DNA from: Stramenopiles sp. TOSAG23-2
Taxonomy: Eukaryota
NCBI GenBank assembly: GCA_900128395.1
Contig: LT649358.1
Coordinates: 1-33,368 of the forward strand
Length of the DNA stretch: 33,368 nucleotides
Direction: 5' to 3'
In this document: one piece after another, positions 11,301 through 22,593 of the stretch
Layout: each line of letters opens with the position of its first letter
How positions within the stretch are numbered: position 1 is the first letter of the stretch
Translations under genes and position numbers: made by a program
The notes under the pieces: model-generated
The model's database searches: none
Told to the model about the DNA's origin: nothing
What the model saw: the letters and a program-made list of their open reading frames with translations, nothing else

Positions 11301-12677
11301 ATGACATCAATTGCAGAAGAAAGTACGAAAACGGAAAGTAATGCACCTGCAGGATCGACTGTAACACGTGTATTTGGTGTGGCGCAAAAAAAAGTTGCGG
11401 TACAAACATCTGAACAAACTGTGAAAAAATATGAAGAATTTCGAAAAAATGTTTATGCAGATGTATTTGGTGGTAGCTTACGTAGTTTTTGGGCAAATGT
11501 AGTGAAACACATGGAACAATCCGTAGGAAGCATGGAAGTGTACAGTGTCTTCTTTAAAAGTTTCATTGCGCAAGAGCGTAATGCTATTAAAGCAATGAAA
11601 CAAAATATTGCTGTTTTAAATAAAAGTGCTAGTAAAGAACCAAAATCAGCTATTGAGTGTATCCAAAGCGAATTTATTACCTTTCACTCAAGTTCTATGG
11701 AACATAAAAAGAAATTTATTGATACGTTAGAAAAAGAAACATTGAATAAAAGTTTAAAATCTTTAATTACAGCACAAAAAAAATCTACCGATACTGCGAA
11801 ATCAAAAGCAACAGCGTTGGAAAAGAAAGTAGATGTAGCACATCAAGATGCTATGAAACAATTTAAAAAATATAATTCAATACGTGAAACTATTATTACA
11901 ACCCCTGTTGGTGATCCTAGTACAAATGCTGATTTATGGATGGAAGAAGCAAAATATTGTGAAGCGGCGAAAAAATTTGTTACACAATGTGCGGAATATA
12001 GGAAAACAATGAGTGATATGTATACATCGTATCAAAAATCGGAGACAGAACGGTTGCATAATTTACGATTATTATTACAAAAATATGCAAGATCATATAA
12101 AGGTAATTTCCTTGCCATTGCTAATAGTCAAGAATTAAGTGTATTAACCGCAGCATTAGATGCTTTAGATAGTGAGAAGGAAACGGTGATGCAATTGAAA
12201 AAAGCACAAGTAGTGGATGAGAAAGGCAAGAAAGGTAGTAGTAGTGGAGATAAGAAACGTAGTAATAGTGTAGGAAGTGCTTCAAAAGTAACAGAGGATA
12301 TAGCCATGAATGTCCCAAAACCATTTGCAAGTAAATTAATTTTAGCCCAATCCGTTTTAAGTGTTAAAGCTGGGCTGTTTCAAAATTGGAAAAAAATGCA
12401 TGGTCTTGCTACATGCGATGATCATTTATATGTTTTTGAATCATTAGCTGGTGAAGGTGGTGTAGATAAAGTTGCAAATATGACACCAACTTTTAAATTT
12501 GCAATTGATCGTTCAATAATACAAAATGTGGATACATCAAAATTAACATTTGAAATTGTAGAAAAAACAAAAGGATTTTTAGGAATTGTATCACAACAAA
12601 AACAATTATTTCAAGTTGAAGCAAAGAAAGATTTAGAGACATGGTCAAATGTTTTCCCTGCTTCGCGTGAGCAATAA
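11301..12677 (+). CDS. F-BAR/BAR plus PH domain protein (membrane remodelling)
   Basis: The N-terminal ~300 aa are helical with an FCH-like pattern (FFKSFIAQERNAIKAMK). A C-terminal PH signature runs from LSVKAGLFQNWKK through LYVFE to FQVEAKKDLETW. Confidence 0.65.
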   Translation: MTSIAEESTKTESNAPAGSTVTRVFGVAQKKVAVQTSEQTVKKYEEFRKNVYADVFGGSLRSFWANVVKHMEQSVGSMEVYSVFFKSFIAQERNAIKAMKQNIAVLNKSASKEPKSAIECIQSEFITFHSSSMEHKKKFIDTLEKETLNKSLKSLITAQKKSTDTAKSKATALEKKVDVAHQDAMKQFKKYNSIRETIITTPVGDPSTNADLWMEEAKYCEAAKKFVTQCAEYRKTMSDMYTSYQKSETERLHNLRLLLQKYARSYKGNFLAIANSQELSVLTAALDALDSEKETVMQLKKAQVVDEKGKKGSSSGDKKRSNSVGSASKVTEDIAMNVPKPFASKLILAQSVLSVKAGLFQNWKKMHGLATCDDHLYVFESLAGEGGVDKVANMTPTFKFAIDRSIIQNVDTSKLTFEIVEKTKGFLGIVSQQKQLFQVEAKKDLETWSNVFPASREQ

Positions 12678-12751
12678 ACTATTAATATTTACTACCAGCA
12701 GGATGGGTGGAGTGTGTACGCTCGTAGTGTATTTTTTGTTTGTTGCTTCTC

Positions 12752-12771
12752 GTGTGTGTGTGTGTGTGTGT
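12752..12771. repeat. (GT)10 microsatellite between convergent gene ends
   Basis: Read directly from the sequence. Confidence 0.9.
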
Positions 12772-12945
12772 ATGTATCATATGTACAAGTAAATATATAT
12801 ATGACCGTGTATGTTTTTTAAATATGTAATTTAAGTTTATATATATCAGTAATATTACGTATATTCTTTTGAAGAGTAGGAATTATCATAAGTAAATTAA
12901 AAAAAAATAAATTAAAAATGCGCGTAAAAATTAAATTTTATAAAT

Positions 12946-13853
12946 TTACCTTCCACAACGTCTACCATTTTGACTTCTCCATCGTGATGCACCTTCAAAT
13001 CCATTCCTTCCCATTTGATAATCTTGAAATGCTTCCATTAATTCCTCTCGTTTATTCATAACAAATGGGCCATGCCATGCAACTTCTTCTCCAAGTGGTT
13101 TACCCGATATTAAAACAAATTCAACTGGAGAATCTTTCGTCTCTACATATAAACCATCTTTACCATCACGATTAAATGCAATTGTAAAAAATGATTTACA
13201 ATGTGTTTTTTCTTTACCAAAATATCCTTCTCCACTGAATATATACGCAAATGAGTTAAATGAAGAATCAATTTTTTGTTCCAATTTTTTATTTGCTGGT
13301 ATTTTAAAATGATAAAATGTTGTAGGTGTCTTTGTTTGTGTAGGTGCTGTAACTCCAAACGCTTCCCCAGCTATTATACGTACGGAAATACCATCATTTT
13401 CTGCAGTTGCTATATCTTTTGCTAAAAATTCTTGATACCTCGGTTCACACATTTTATCACTTGATTTCAAATTAATCCAAAGTTGTAATCCACGACAAAC
13501 TTTTCTATCTAAAGGAACTTCGGAGTGTACAATACCACGGCCAGCAGTCATCCATTGTAAATCACCAGGACCAATATTACCTTTATTACCTTTGAAATCT
13601 TCATGTGTAAATATTCCTTCACTATCAGGATGAATATAAGATACCGTTTCGAACCCTCTATGCGGATGGTCTGGAAATCCAGCAGGCAATGCTACCCGAA
13701 ATTCATCTAACATTAAAAATGGATCAAGTGTACGTAATTCCGGTCTACCAATACTACGTCTAACTCGTGCACCCATACCTTCCCCTTGTTCTCTTGCTAA
13801 TACAGCTAATTTAACTGTTCTAGATTCAAAAGAAGAAGTAGTAGAGGAAGATG

Positions 13854-13885
<32 letters not shown>

Positions 13886-13905
13886 GACAATGACATAGCC
13901 GACAT
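12946..13905 (-). CDS. PIR: Pirin family cupin protein
   Basis: Motifs LDPFLMLDEF, GFPDHPHRGFETV, LQWMTAGRGIVHSE, GLQLWINL and GPFVMN. Likely start is MSAMS at 13905; the ORF extension to 14010 looks like UTR. Confidence 0.95.
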
Positions 13906-14602
13906 TTTATAAATAAATAAGAATGGAATAAAACAAATAAATAAATTAATGATGCAACCACAGTATATGTTTTTATCACCACATTTTGTCATCCTTGTCG
14001 TATACAACATCTATAATATCTGTTATCTGTTCGTCATAAGTACTTCGAACAAATTAATAATCCTAGAATATGAAAAATTATTAAAAAAATCAAAAAACAA
14101 AAAAATTTGATTAAAATTTCCAACTAAAATTTTTATTAATATTACATTTTCAGCAGTCGGCAGTTTACTATACCAACTACATATGATTATTTTTTCGATC
14201 CAATGAATTTTCTAGAAAATTTTAATACTAAATTTCCTCTATCTATTCTATCCTCGTAGTTACTTCTATTTGCATTATAATACGTTGTAAATTAAAATAT
14301 TATTTTTCTCGGATATTTATAGACCTTTAACCCTAATCCTAACTCCCTCGTCCGTTTCGTCGTCCAAAAAGTCCAAAAATAATAATCGAATTAACGATAA
14401 CATACATATATATATTATCATACGAAGGATTGTCCAAAAGTCTCATAGTCAATTGTATATTTATTAAATCAGAAGAAAGAAAAATCAAATTAACATAGTT
14501 TGTATATTAATATATATATATATCAAATTGCATTTTGTGAATTTTGTTTGTTGGTTTTTTTTTTAAATAATAATAATAATAATAATTATTATATAAACAA
14601 CA

Positions 14603-16588
14603 ATGGTATTAGTGTTTGTATATGATTGCACTGGATATGTTGGTGCTGCATTAGTGAAAAAATTAAATGACATGGATGATACAACTGTATGTGGTGCAGT
14701 TGTTGAAGGTGGTATAGGTAGTACAAAAGGTTTAGTCGAGACTGCATCTGCAACAGATTTAGAAAGTGTAAATGCTTTAATTATGAAATCGGATGCTATA
14801 GTATATGCTGCAGAAGGTCTCATTGCTGAGACAAAGGCAATGTTACGTTTATTAAAACGTGGTGGGTATGAAGGTGAGAAAAAATTAGTAGTTATTAGTA
14901 GTTTAATGACGTGGGGTAGTACAAAACTACCAGAGGAAGGTGGTTTAGCAGAAGAGACTTTCAATACACGAAAGTGCCCTGCACGTTATAAAGAATTGAA
15001 AACGCTTGAAACACAAGTTAAATCAGTAGCACGTGAGAATTTATTTACCACCGTTGTCGGTGCAGGTTTATTATATGGTGGTGGTGAAAGTATTTTTCAT
15101 TCCATGTTTCGTTCCAGTTGGATGGATAATAATGCTATATTGCCAATATTAAGTGGTAAGCTGAAGGGTGAGAATAAATTACCAATGCTTGATGTGAATG
15201 ATTTAGGTTCAATTATTTGTAAAATTATTGAGACAACGCCTGAATCACCATACGTAGTTGCAGTTGATAAGAGTCAAAATACAATGCGTGAAATCGTAAC
15301 AGCAATTAGCACAACACTTGGATGTGGTAAAACAAAATCGCTTAACCGCGAGGAAACACAAACATTATTAATGGATCAACCTAACCTTAGTAGCATTAAT
15401 GCTAATTTGGTATTTTCTTTGGATGGTGGATCTGTTGAAGGCATGGATTTTGAATGGAAAAGTGAAAGTGGTATGGTAGAAAATATTGAAGAAGTTGTAA
15501 AAGATTACAAAACATGTAGAGATTTAAGACCTGTACGAATTGTCGTTACAGGTGCTCCACATGGTTTGGATTTGAACGAACGTTGTAAAAAAATTGCAAA
15601 TGATTATTACATTCCATTTATTACCGTAGAAAGTGCAAAGGCACTTTTGATGATCAAACCAGATGCACCGAAAGAAGGTGAGGAAGAAGTGGAAGATCCA
15701 AATGCTGAATTGCGTGAAGCGGTAGGAGGTGCTGGTGATAATTTGCCATTAAATTTGAAATCTCAATTGTTACGATTTGAAATGAAAGCAAAGGCATCTG
15801 CAAATAAAGGTTGGGTAATCGGTGGTAATGAAATACCTTTTACATGGAAAGAAGCATGTGGTATCTTTTCTGATCCAGAAGCTGCTGAAGGTTCCATGGA
15901 AGAAGATGCACCAGCCATTGAGGAAGTAGATGAAGAGTTAAAACCAACTGGTGTCATTGGCTTTGACGGTTCTGATGAATATTTAAAAGAAGTTGCAATG
16001 GGATTGCCGGAAGGTCAAGCTCCTAGTGAAGATGATTTCACCGCTGCATTAACTGCTTATCGCGAGACATCATCCGCAGAAAATGAAAAAAGCCCTGTAA
16101 CATTTTTTGAATCATTATACAAAATGGATAGTTTAAGTGTAAGTGTTACATCTGATTCAACTGCAGATGATATAGCAACAACAATTGCTGAATATGTTGA
16201 ACAAGGATCAAAGCCATTTAATTATCATCCAACAGAGGAAGAGATTACAGATGCTAAAGCACAGGCAGAAGCGGATGCAAAAGCAAAAGCTGAAACGGAT
16301 GCAAAAGCTAAAGCGGAACAAGATGCAGCAGATGAATTGGAACGTCAAGTAGCGCAGGAAGAAGAGAAAAAACGTTTAGCTGAAATTAAACGTCAAGAAA
16401 TGGAATTATTGGAGGCAAGATCACAGCCATTACGGCGTTATTTAATGAAAAACGTCATCCCGTCTTTAACTGAAGGTTTAATTGAAACATGTAAAGTAAT
16501 GCCAGAAGATCCAATTGATTATTTAGCTGAATATTTATTTAAAGTTAGTCCCGCGATTGATTCGAAAGCACAAGCAAGTAAAAAATGA
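14603..16588 (+). CDS. AK7: Adenylate kinase 7-like flagellar protein (Rossmann/epimerase-like N-terminus, degenerate AK domain, coiled coil, Dpy-30 motif)
   Basis: N-terminal TGYVG and ISSLMTWGST, then GLLYGGGE and RDLRPVRIVVTG. The C-terminal Dpy-30 motif reads SQPLRRYLMKNVIPSLTEGLIETCKVMPEDPIDYLAEYLF. Confidence 0.85.
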   Translation: MVLVFVYDCTGYVGAALVKKLNDMDDTTVCGAVVEGGIGSTKGLVETASATDLESVNALIMKSDAIVYAAEGLIAETKAMLRLLKRGGYEGEKKLVVISSLMTWGSTKLPEEGGLAEETFNTRKCPARYKELKTLETQVKSVARENLFTTVVGAGLLYGGGESIFHSMFRSSWMDNNAILPILSGKLKGENKLPMLDVNDLGSIICKIIETTPESPYVVAVDKSQNTMREIVTAISTTLGCGKTKSLNREETQTLLMDQPNLSSINANLVFSLDGGSVEGMDFEWKSESGMVENIEEVVKDYKTCRDLRPVRIVVTGAPHGLDLNERCKKIANDYYIPFITVESAKALLMIKPDAPKEGEEEVEDPNAELREAVGGAGDNLPLNLKSQLLRFEMKAKASANKGWVIGGNEIPFTWKEACGIFSDPEAAEGSMEEDAPAIEEVDEELKPTGVIGFDGSDEYLKEVAMGLPEGQAPSEDDFTAALTAYRETSSAENEKSPVTFFESLYKMDSLSVSVTSDSTADDIATTIAEYVEQGSKPFNYHPTEEEITDAKAQAEADAKAKAETDAKAKAEQDAADELERQVAQEEEKKRLAEIKRQEMELLEARSQPLRRYLMKNVIPSLTEGLIETCKVMPEDPIDYLAEYLFKVSPAIDSKAQASKK

Positions 16589-16716
16589 AAATTTTATATT
16601 AAATAAATATAAATATATACGTTATGCGCACGGGAAAAAAGGGAAATACTGCAGAAAGGAAGTATATTGTCGGGGTATAATTTGATTTTTTTATATATAT
16701 ACGATATGTTTCCAAA

Positions 16717-19700
16717 TTAATTGTATTGTATCTCTTTATGTATGTGAAGAAACAAAAGAAAAAGAATTTGCATGATTTGACCACATTTTTTATTTTTTAC
16801 GTATATTACTTCTTCATCAGCAGTATTCCTAACCAATATTCTCCAAACAGTTACATTGCTTTTTTGCCCAATCCGATACAATCTGCCAACAGCTTGTGCT
16901 TCTAATGTCGGGTCAAAGGAAGGGCTTGTTATGATACCATACTTTGCCATTGTTAATGATAATCCAGCTGCACCACCTAATGTTTTCATGGGTATTAACA
17001 TAATTAACGTTTGTGGATCTGCACGAAACTTTTCAATTGTATTTTCAATTTTCTTAGACGATGATGCTGATAATATAACACTTTCTATATTTAATTTTTC
17101 TGCTATTTTAAAATTAATTAATTTCAAAAATGACACAAATGGTGAAAAAATAATTGTTTTTGCTCCTTTATCAGTTTTTTGTATATTCTGTATATGATAT
17201 AATATACGATCGATTTTAACGCCATCACTTTTGCATTTAGATACATCAAGTTCTGGAATTTGTACAGATATTTGATTTTGATTGCTGCTACTGCTGCTCC
17301 CACCATTTTTACTATAATCAACATCAGTGTTATTATTTTCTAATTGTAATGAATGTAATTTTGCACCATCGCTATCGCTATTTTCCCGTTCTTGCGTTGT
17401 AGTTGTGCTACTATTCTTACTGCGATAAGAAGTATCATGAAACGATAATGCTTTTAAATCTCTAAATGCTTCATCAACTTTCATTTTCGTTCTCTTCACA
17501 GTTTGTCGCAACGATTTTAAAGGTTTTAGACTAGTATTATTTGCTAATGCAACTACACTTTGCATGGTTTGTACCACTGTAGTAGCTCGTCTCGAACGTT
17601 GCTCATTTCTTCTTTGCCCTTCCGCCAGTCCAGCTTCAACGATATCTAATTCTAATTTTTCTCGAATCTTTAAAATTGCACTTTCACACTCCTTGTCCCC
17701 TGGACAAATTGCTTGAATATCAGTCAAACAAGATAATTCTAATTTTTCTATTGTCTTAAACGTTTTCATTTTATTATTTAAAACTTTTCTTTTTTTCTTA
17801 TTGCCATCAGATCCTGCAGATTTATATTTATTTTCGACTTCAAAATTGTTGACTAATATTTGTTTTGTTTTTTTAATAATTTCAAGACCATCCCTCAAGG
17901 TACTTAATGCTAAGACTCCTCCCGGCATTAACTCTTCGTTTCCTTGCTGTCCCGTATTATTATTGTTGGTATTATTGTTGTTATTATTTTGCCAAGGGCC
18001 ATTGTTATGTATCATACCGTTTTGATGATGATTCAAATGCATGAATTGTTGTTCTTGTTGCTGCTGTTCTTGTTGAAACTGTTGAAGCTCTCTTACCTCA
18101 TGTGCATACATACCTCTTCCTAATGCTACCATGCTGGAACAGTATTCTCTTAAGCAATTGACATATTTATCTAAACAACCATTATAGAGGCGCTTAGCCT
18201 CCCGTAACATGTAATGTGTATTTTCTTCATCGTTGACATTTATTCTTCTACCTTGTGAAATGGACGGGTGACATACAACTTGAAGAAGGCTAACGACTCG
18301 CCGATTTGCTAAACGTGTTTCATCAGTTGGTGCCATATTCTGCCGCAACAATTTCCTATCCCAATCTAGCTGCTCTTTTCTGTAAATCAATTGTTCCAAT
18401 GGATCCATCGATAGCCAATCATCGATTACGTTACAACTATGCAATGTGATTTGATCTTGCACATGCGCTTTCCTATGTCGCCAAAAGACTCGCTGCATTA
18501 TGCGTGATAACCTTGCCAATCCGTAAAACGAACCACTTTCGTAAGGGGTCAATAACGTCCGGCGTAGTATGACTGGATCTCGCACTGGATCAAAATCCAA
18601 TACCTCAAATAGACCAATAAGACTTTGTATACGATCACTTAATGGGCTGCCACTGCTGCACCACGCGTGCGAACGATAAAGCTTTGCGACGAGTTTTGAA
18701 GGCACTGATGTCACAGAACGTACCATTTGCGCCTCATCCAAAACAATTCTCCACCATTCACAATGTAGCAATGGGGACTGAATAGCAGTGTAATTATTTC
18801 TTTCATCCTCCCGCAATACTTTGTATGTTGTCAATACTACATCTGCTTTGCTGAAATCTTCCACCCATACACCATCCTGATTAAAATTGTTAGAAGCAGA
18901 CATACCATTGTAGCGAACAATCTTTAATGATGGTGCATGCTTGTCAAATTCATCACACCATTGTTGAAGTATTGTTTGTGGAACTACAATTAACGTCGCT
19001 TTTACGGGCAATTCTTCTGCATTAAATTTTGGCGATTGGTTGATTGCGCCGAAGGAGGTATCCATTAATTGTACATCATCCTGATCATTGTCATCTTGAT
19101 GAGACCGCAACTTTTTTTTATCAAAAAAATTACCATATTTTAGCATATTTGTCATATTATTTTGATTATTATTACTATCAGTGCTTGAGCTCGTGCCGCC
19201 ATTTGTACTTTTATTGTTCGTCACAGTTAATACACCAGCTTTCTTCTTCAATTCCTGTGGAATTAGCACATCTTTATATTGTTCCACCGGACGTGAGCGA
19301 CTCAAGATCAATGCTATAATTTCAACAGTTTTTCCCAATCCCATTTCATCTGCTAATATACCACCAACAGGATAAATATCTCTATACATGTTGGATTCGT
19401 TTATATTTAATGAGACAATGTGTGGTAAGGTTGTATGAATAAACAATTTTTGTTGTTGTTTTACGGAAGGAATTGGTCTTGCATTATTAGTATTATGATT
19501 GACGCATACAATAGAACGAAATCCATAATAACCTTCATCTTTAGGTATATGCTTCGCATATTCTTTCCTCTCAACACTTAGCATCCAACGAACACACCGA
19601 CTTTGATATGGCATTAAAGTAGAAATTAAGTTTGGTATTGCTTCATTCATTAAAGGTGCATTTTTACTTGGTTTTGTACTTTCCAGTAAACCTTTCAACG

Positions 19701-22042
19701 TAAAATCAGTTGGATATGGTCCAAGTTCATTGCTGTTATTATCATTATTATATGTACATCTTCTCCATGGGTTGTCGGTACAATCATCACGTTCTATTCT
19801 TGGGCGATGTGGTCCCCTTGTAAACCCTGTTGTGAAATTATGCTCTGCAACATGCTCCAACAATTGTAAAAATCCAAGCCATGGTTTTCGATTATGCGAC
19901 ATATAAGGATCTAGTCGCTTTATATCCCAACTTAAAGCATGAATTTTGCCATTTTTCATCCCGGTGTCCGGATCATAGCCATCAACCATATGTATAGCCT
20001 CATATTGCTGATTTCGCCATATTGACAACGAACGTTTTGACAAAGTTAATCGTAATTCAATTCTACGTTCATTTTTTGTACGCTTTCTAAATGCACTTCG
20101 ATCGTTACCAACTGGTGCTAATACGTCATTACCATTACTAGCACCATTTCTAATATTTGCCCTTTTTATTTTTTTCTTGATTTTTTTCTGTGTCTCTAGA
20201 CTTTTTTTACTTTCTTCCAAAGGCTCATGCGTTGCACAATTAATTAATGACAAATATGACAAAATGTGTGAAAGTAAAATATCTGTGCGAAAAACCGATG
20301 GTATGGCTTGAAAGTTATTGATAGTTTCATCTTCTTCCACATCCATTGTGTTATTGTTATTATTATCATTGTTCGTTGTAATAGTCGTTGTTGTTGTTGT
20401 TGTTGTTGTTGTTGTAGTTGTCGATGTTGTTGTCGTATTTACATCATTATTACCAACTAAATGTTTATTTTCATACCATGCACTAATACATAACAATGTA
20501 AATACAATATCCTTAGCATAAGATGGCCATAAATATAATTCCTTTTTATTTGCACTTAAAACCCATTCATTCTCGACGGGGTAGGTCCATAAGATAGATT
20601 TATCAATTCTTACATGTTCCGATTCCACTGCATTTAATAATCTTATCAAATCTTTATTTTCTTGTATACAATGCATTCCACGATGTCTTAGTTTACTATT
20701 TATTACTCTCCCTTCTTTATCTTCTTTTGTGCTATACAATGGCAGGCAACCGGTAAATGTTGAGCTTAGCTTTTTACTTTCATATTCTAATTGAAATCCT
20801 ATCATGTTTTCCGATACTGCTATTACTCTTGCTGTAGTCCACCAATTTAAACAGCGTTTTAACCAGTAGCGTACGAGTTTAGATTGCCCTACATCGCTAG
20901 GTTCAATATATACGTCAATGGCATCTCCGACTTTAAACTTTTTGTTCGAATCTGTTTCACGATTAGTGTTTTCATCGACTTCGTGTATTGTGACATATGT
21001 TTCAGCATTTTCAAACAATAAATTTTTATTTGGAAATCTAGTGCGTTTCAAAACGATGTATTTTATACCATTTTTAGCTGATTTTTTTTTCATGTTGTTG
21101 TTTTTACGTTTCGGTGTACTAGAAGGTGATTCAAGTAATTTTTCCTCCTCCTTATCGTCGTCTTCTTCATTATATTCATAGTCATCATCATCATCATCAG
21201 TTTTTCTTTTTTTCTTCACTGTTTTTCCGCGTACTAGAAGGTGATTCAAGTAATTTTTCCTCCTCCTTATCGTCGTCTTCTTCATTATATTCATAGTCAT
21301 CATCATCATCATCAGTTTTTCTTTTTTTCTTCACTGTTTTTCCGCCACTTTTCAATGCACTGCCTACAAATGATGCATCTAATAAATTTGGATTATTATC
21401 ATCAGCAGCTTCAATATCTTTTCCATTATTTTTTACATTACCACTTAATTTACGTTTTTTCTTACTCGGTGAGTTTTTTTGTTTTGTCGATTTTTTCTTA
21501 CTATTTACATTGCTATCTACATTACTAATCGTATTATTATCATCTGCATGTAAAGATTTTAATGAATCGGTTTTTGATGTAGATTTACTGTTGTTATGAT
21601 GTTTGTTCCTGCGATTGTTGTTATTGTTGTTGCTGTTGTTGTTGTGGTTGTTGATACTGAAACTGTAAAATTCATTGTATGTTTCAATTGTATCTTCTAC
21701 ATGTTTAATACCATTATAAGAGCTACTGCTACTATTGCTAGAATTATTGTTCCCAGTTACAGTTGTTAACATTGCTATTGGTGGCTCCACAATTAAGACA
21801 TCATCTCCCCGACTACTGCTGCTACCATTACTACCGATACTCTTTCGTCTCGATATACGATTACTTGATTTTACTTTAATGCGAAAATGCATTTCTCCCA
21901 AAGAGATATCTGGTAAATTTATTAAATCTTGTACATCTTTTGATAAGTGATTTGTTGGTGGCAATAATAATTTTCTGGTTGGTTTATTATTTTTCTTCTT
22001 TCTTTTCGAGTGAATTGGCATTAAGTTGGAGAGAGATGCCAT
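16717..22042 (-). CDS. SNF2-family ATPase (SHPRH/IRC20/Rad5-like), interrupted by a 115-bp duplication
   Basis: Motifs LMPYQ, GGILADEMGLGKT, TLIVVP, WWRIVLDEAQMV, GLSLT and QAVGRLYRIGQ. Removing one 115-bp copy joins ORFs 21197-22048 and 16717-21312 into 1736 aa from the ATG at 22042. Confidence 0.88.
21116..21345. repeat. Perfect 115-bp tandem duplication (21116-21230 / 21231-21345)
   Basis: Identical copies, each starting GTACTAGAAGG and ending TTTTCCGC. It frameshifts the SNF2 gene. Confidence 0.95.
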
Positions 22043-22330
22043 GATCAATTGTTACTTAGTTTGCATAAGCATGTGAGTGTGTGTGTGTATATATATATAT
22101 ATGTATGTATGTTTGTGTGTTTGTGTGTGTGTCTTTGTACTAGTATGTAACTGTATAGATTTTGAATTATTAATAATAATAATTTCGTTCGTCGTATTGT
22201 GCTATTTTTATTATTATGGACGGAAATGATATGCATCATATAGGCAATTCTCATGTAAGTATATAATACCATATTTTGTATTTCATCTAAAACAGACTTT
22301 TTTTGTTATTTTAAAGTGAGGGGGATCTTC

Positions 22331-22358
22331 TTTCCAGCTTTCCAGCTTTCCAGCTTTC
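22331..22358. repeat. TTTCCAGC 8-mer tandem repeat (3.5 units)
   Basis: tttccagc x3 plus tttc; the same motif recurs at 4191-4230. Confidence 0.9.
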
Positions 22359-22593
22359 TTCCGTCCATAATAGAGAGGATCCTCTATCTAGTCCATAATC
22401 AGGTTTCTATTTCCTGATGATGTGGATTATTCTTCTATTATACTACTATTATTAATATCCAATGTGCTAATAATTAAATATATAATATTCTACGTAGAAT
22501 ATTTTATAAACGTATATAGTAACATAATAAATGAAAGTAAAACTTCATTAAACCTTTAATTCACATATATGCAACATTGATATATGCAAAACA

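Noticed and set aside
13906..14010. Hydrophobic N-terminal extension of pirin as a signal peptide
   Set aside because: It reads like AT-rich 5' UTR. The AAAATG context at 13905 matches other starts in the window.
14341..14358. Resemblance of ACTCCCTCGTCCGTTTC (and 8794-8808 reverse) to Stowaway MITE ends
   Set aside because: Imperfect, with no partner inverted end nearby. The recurring TCCGT motif explains it better.
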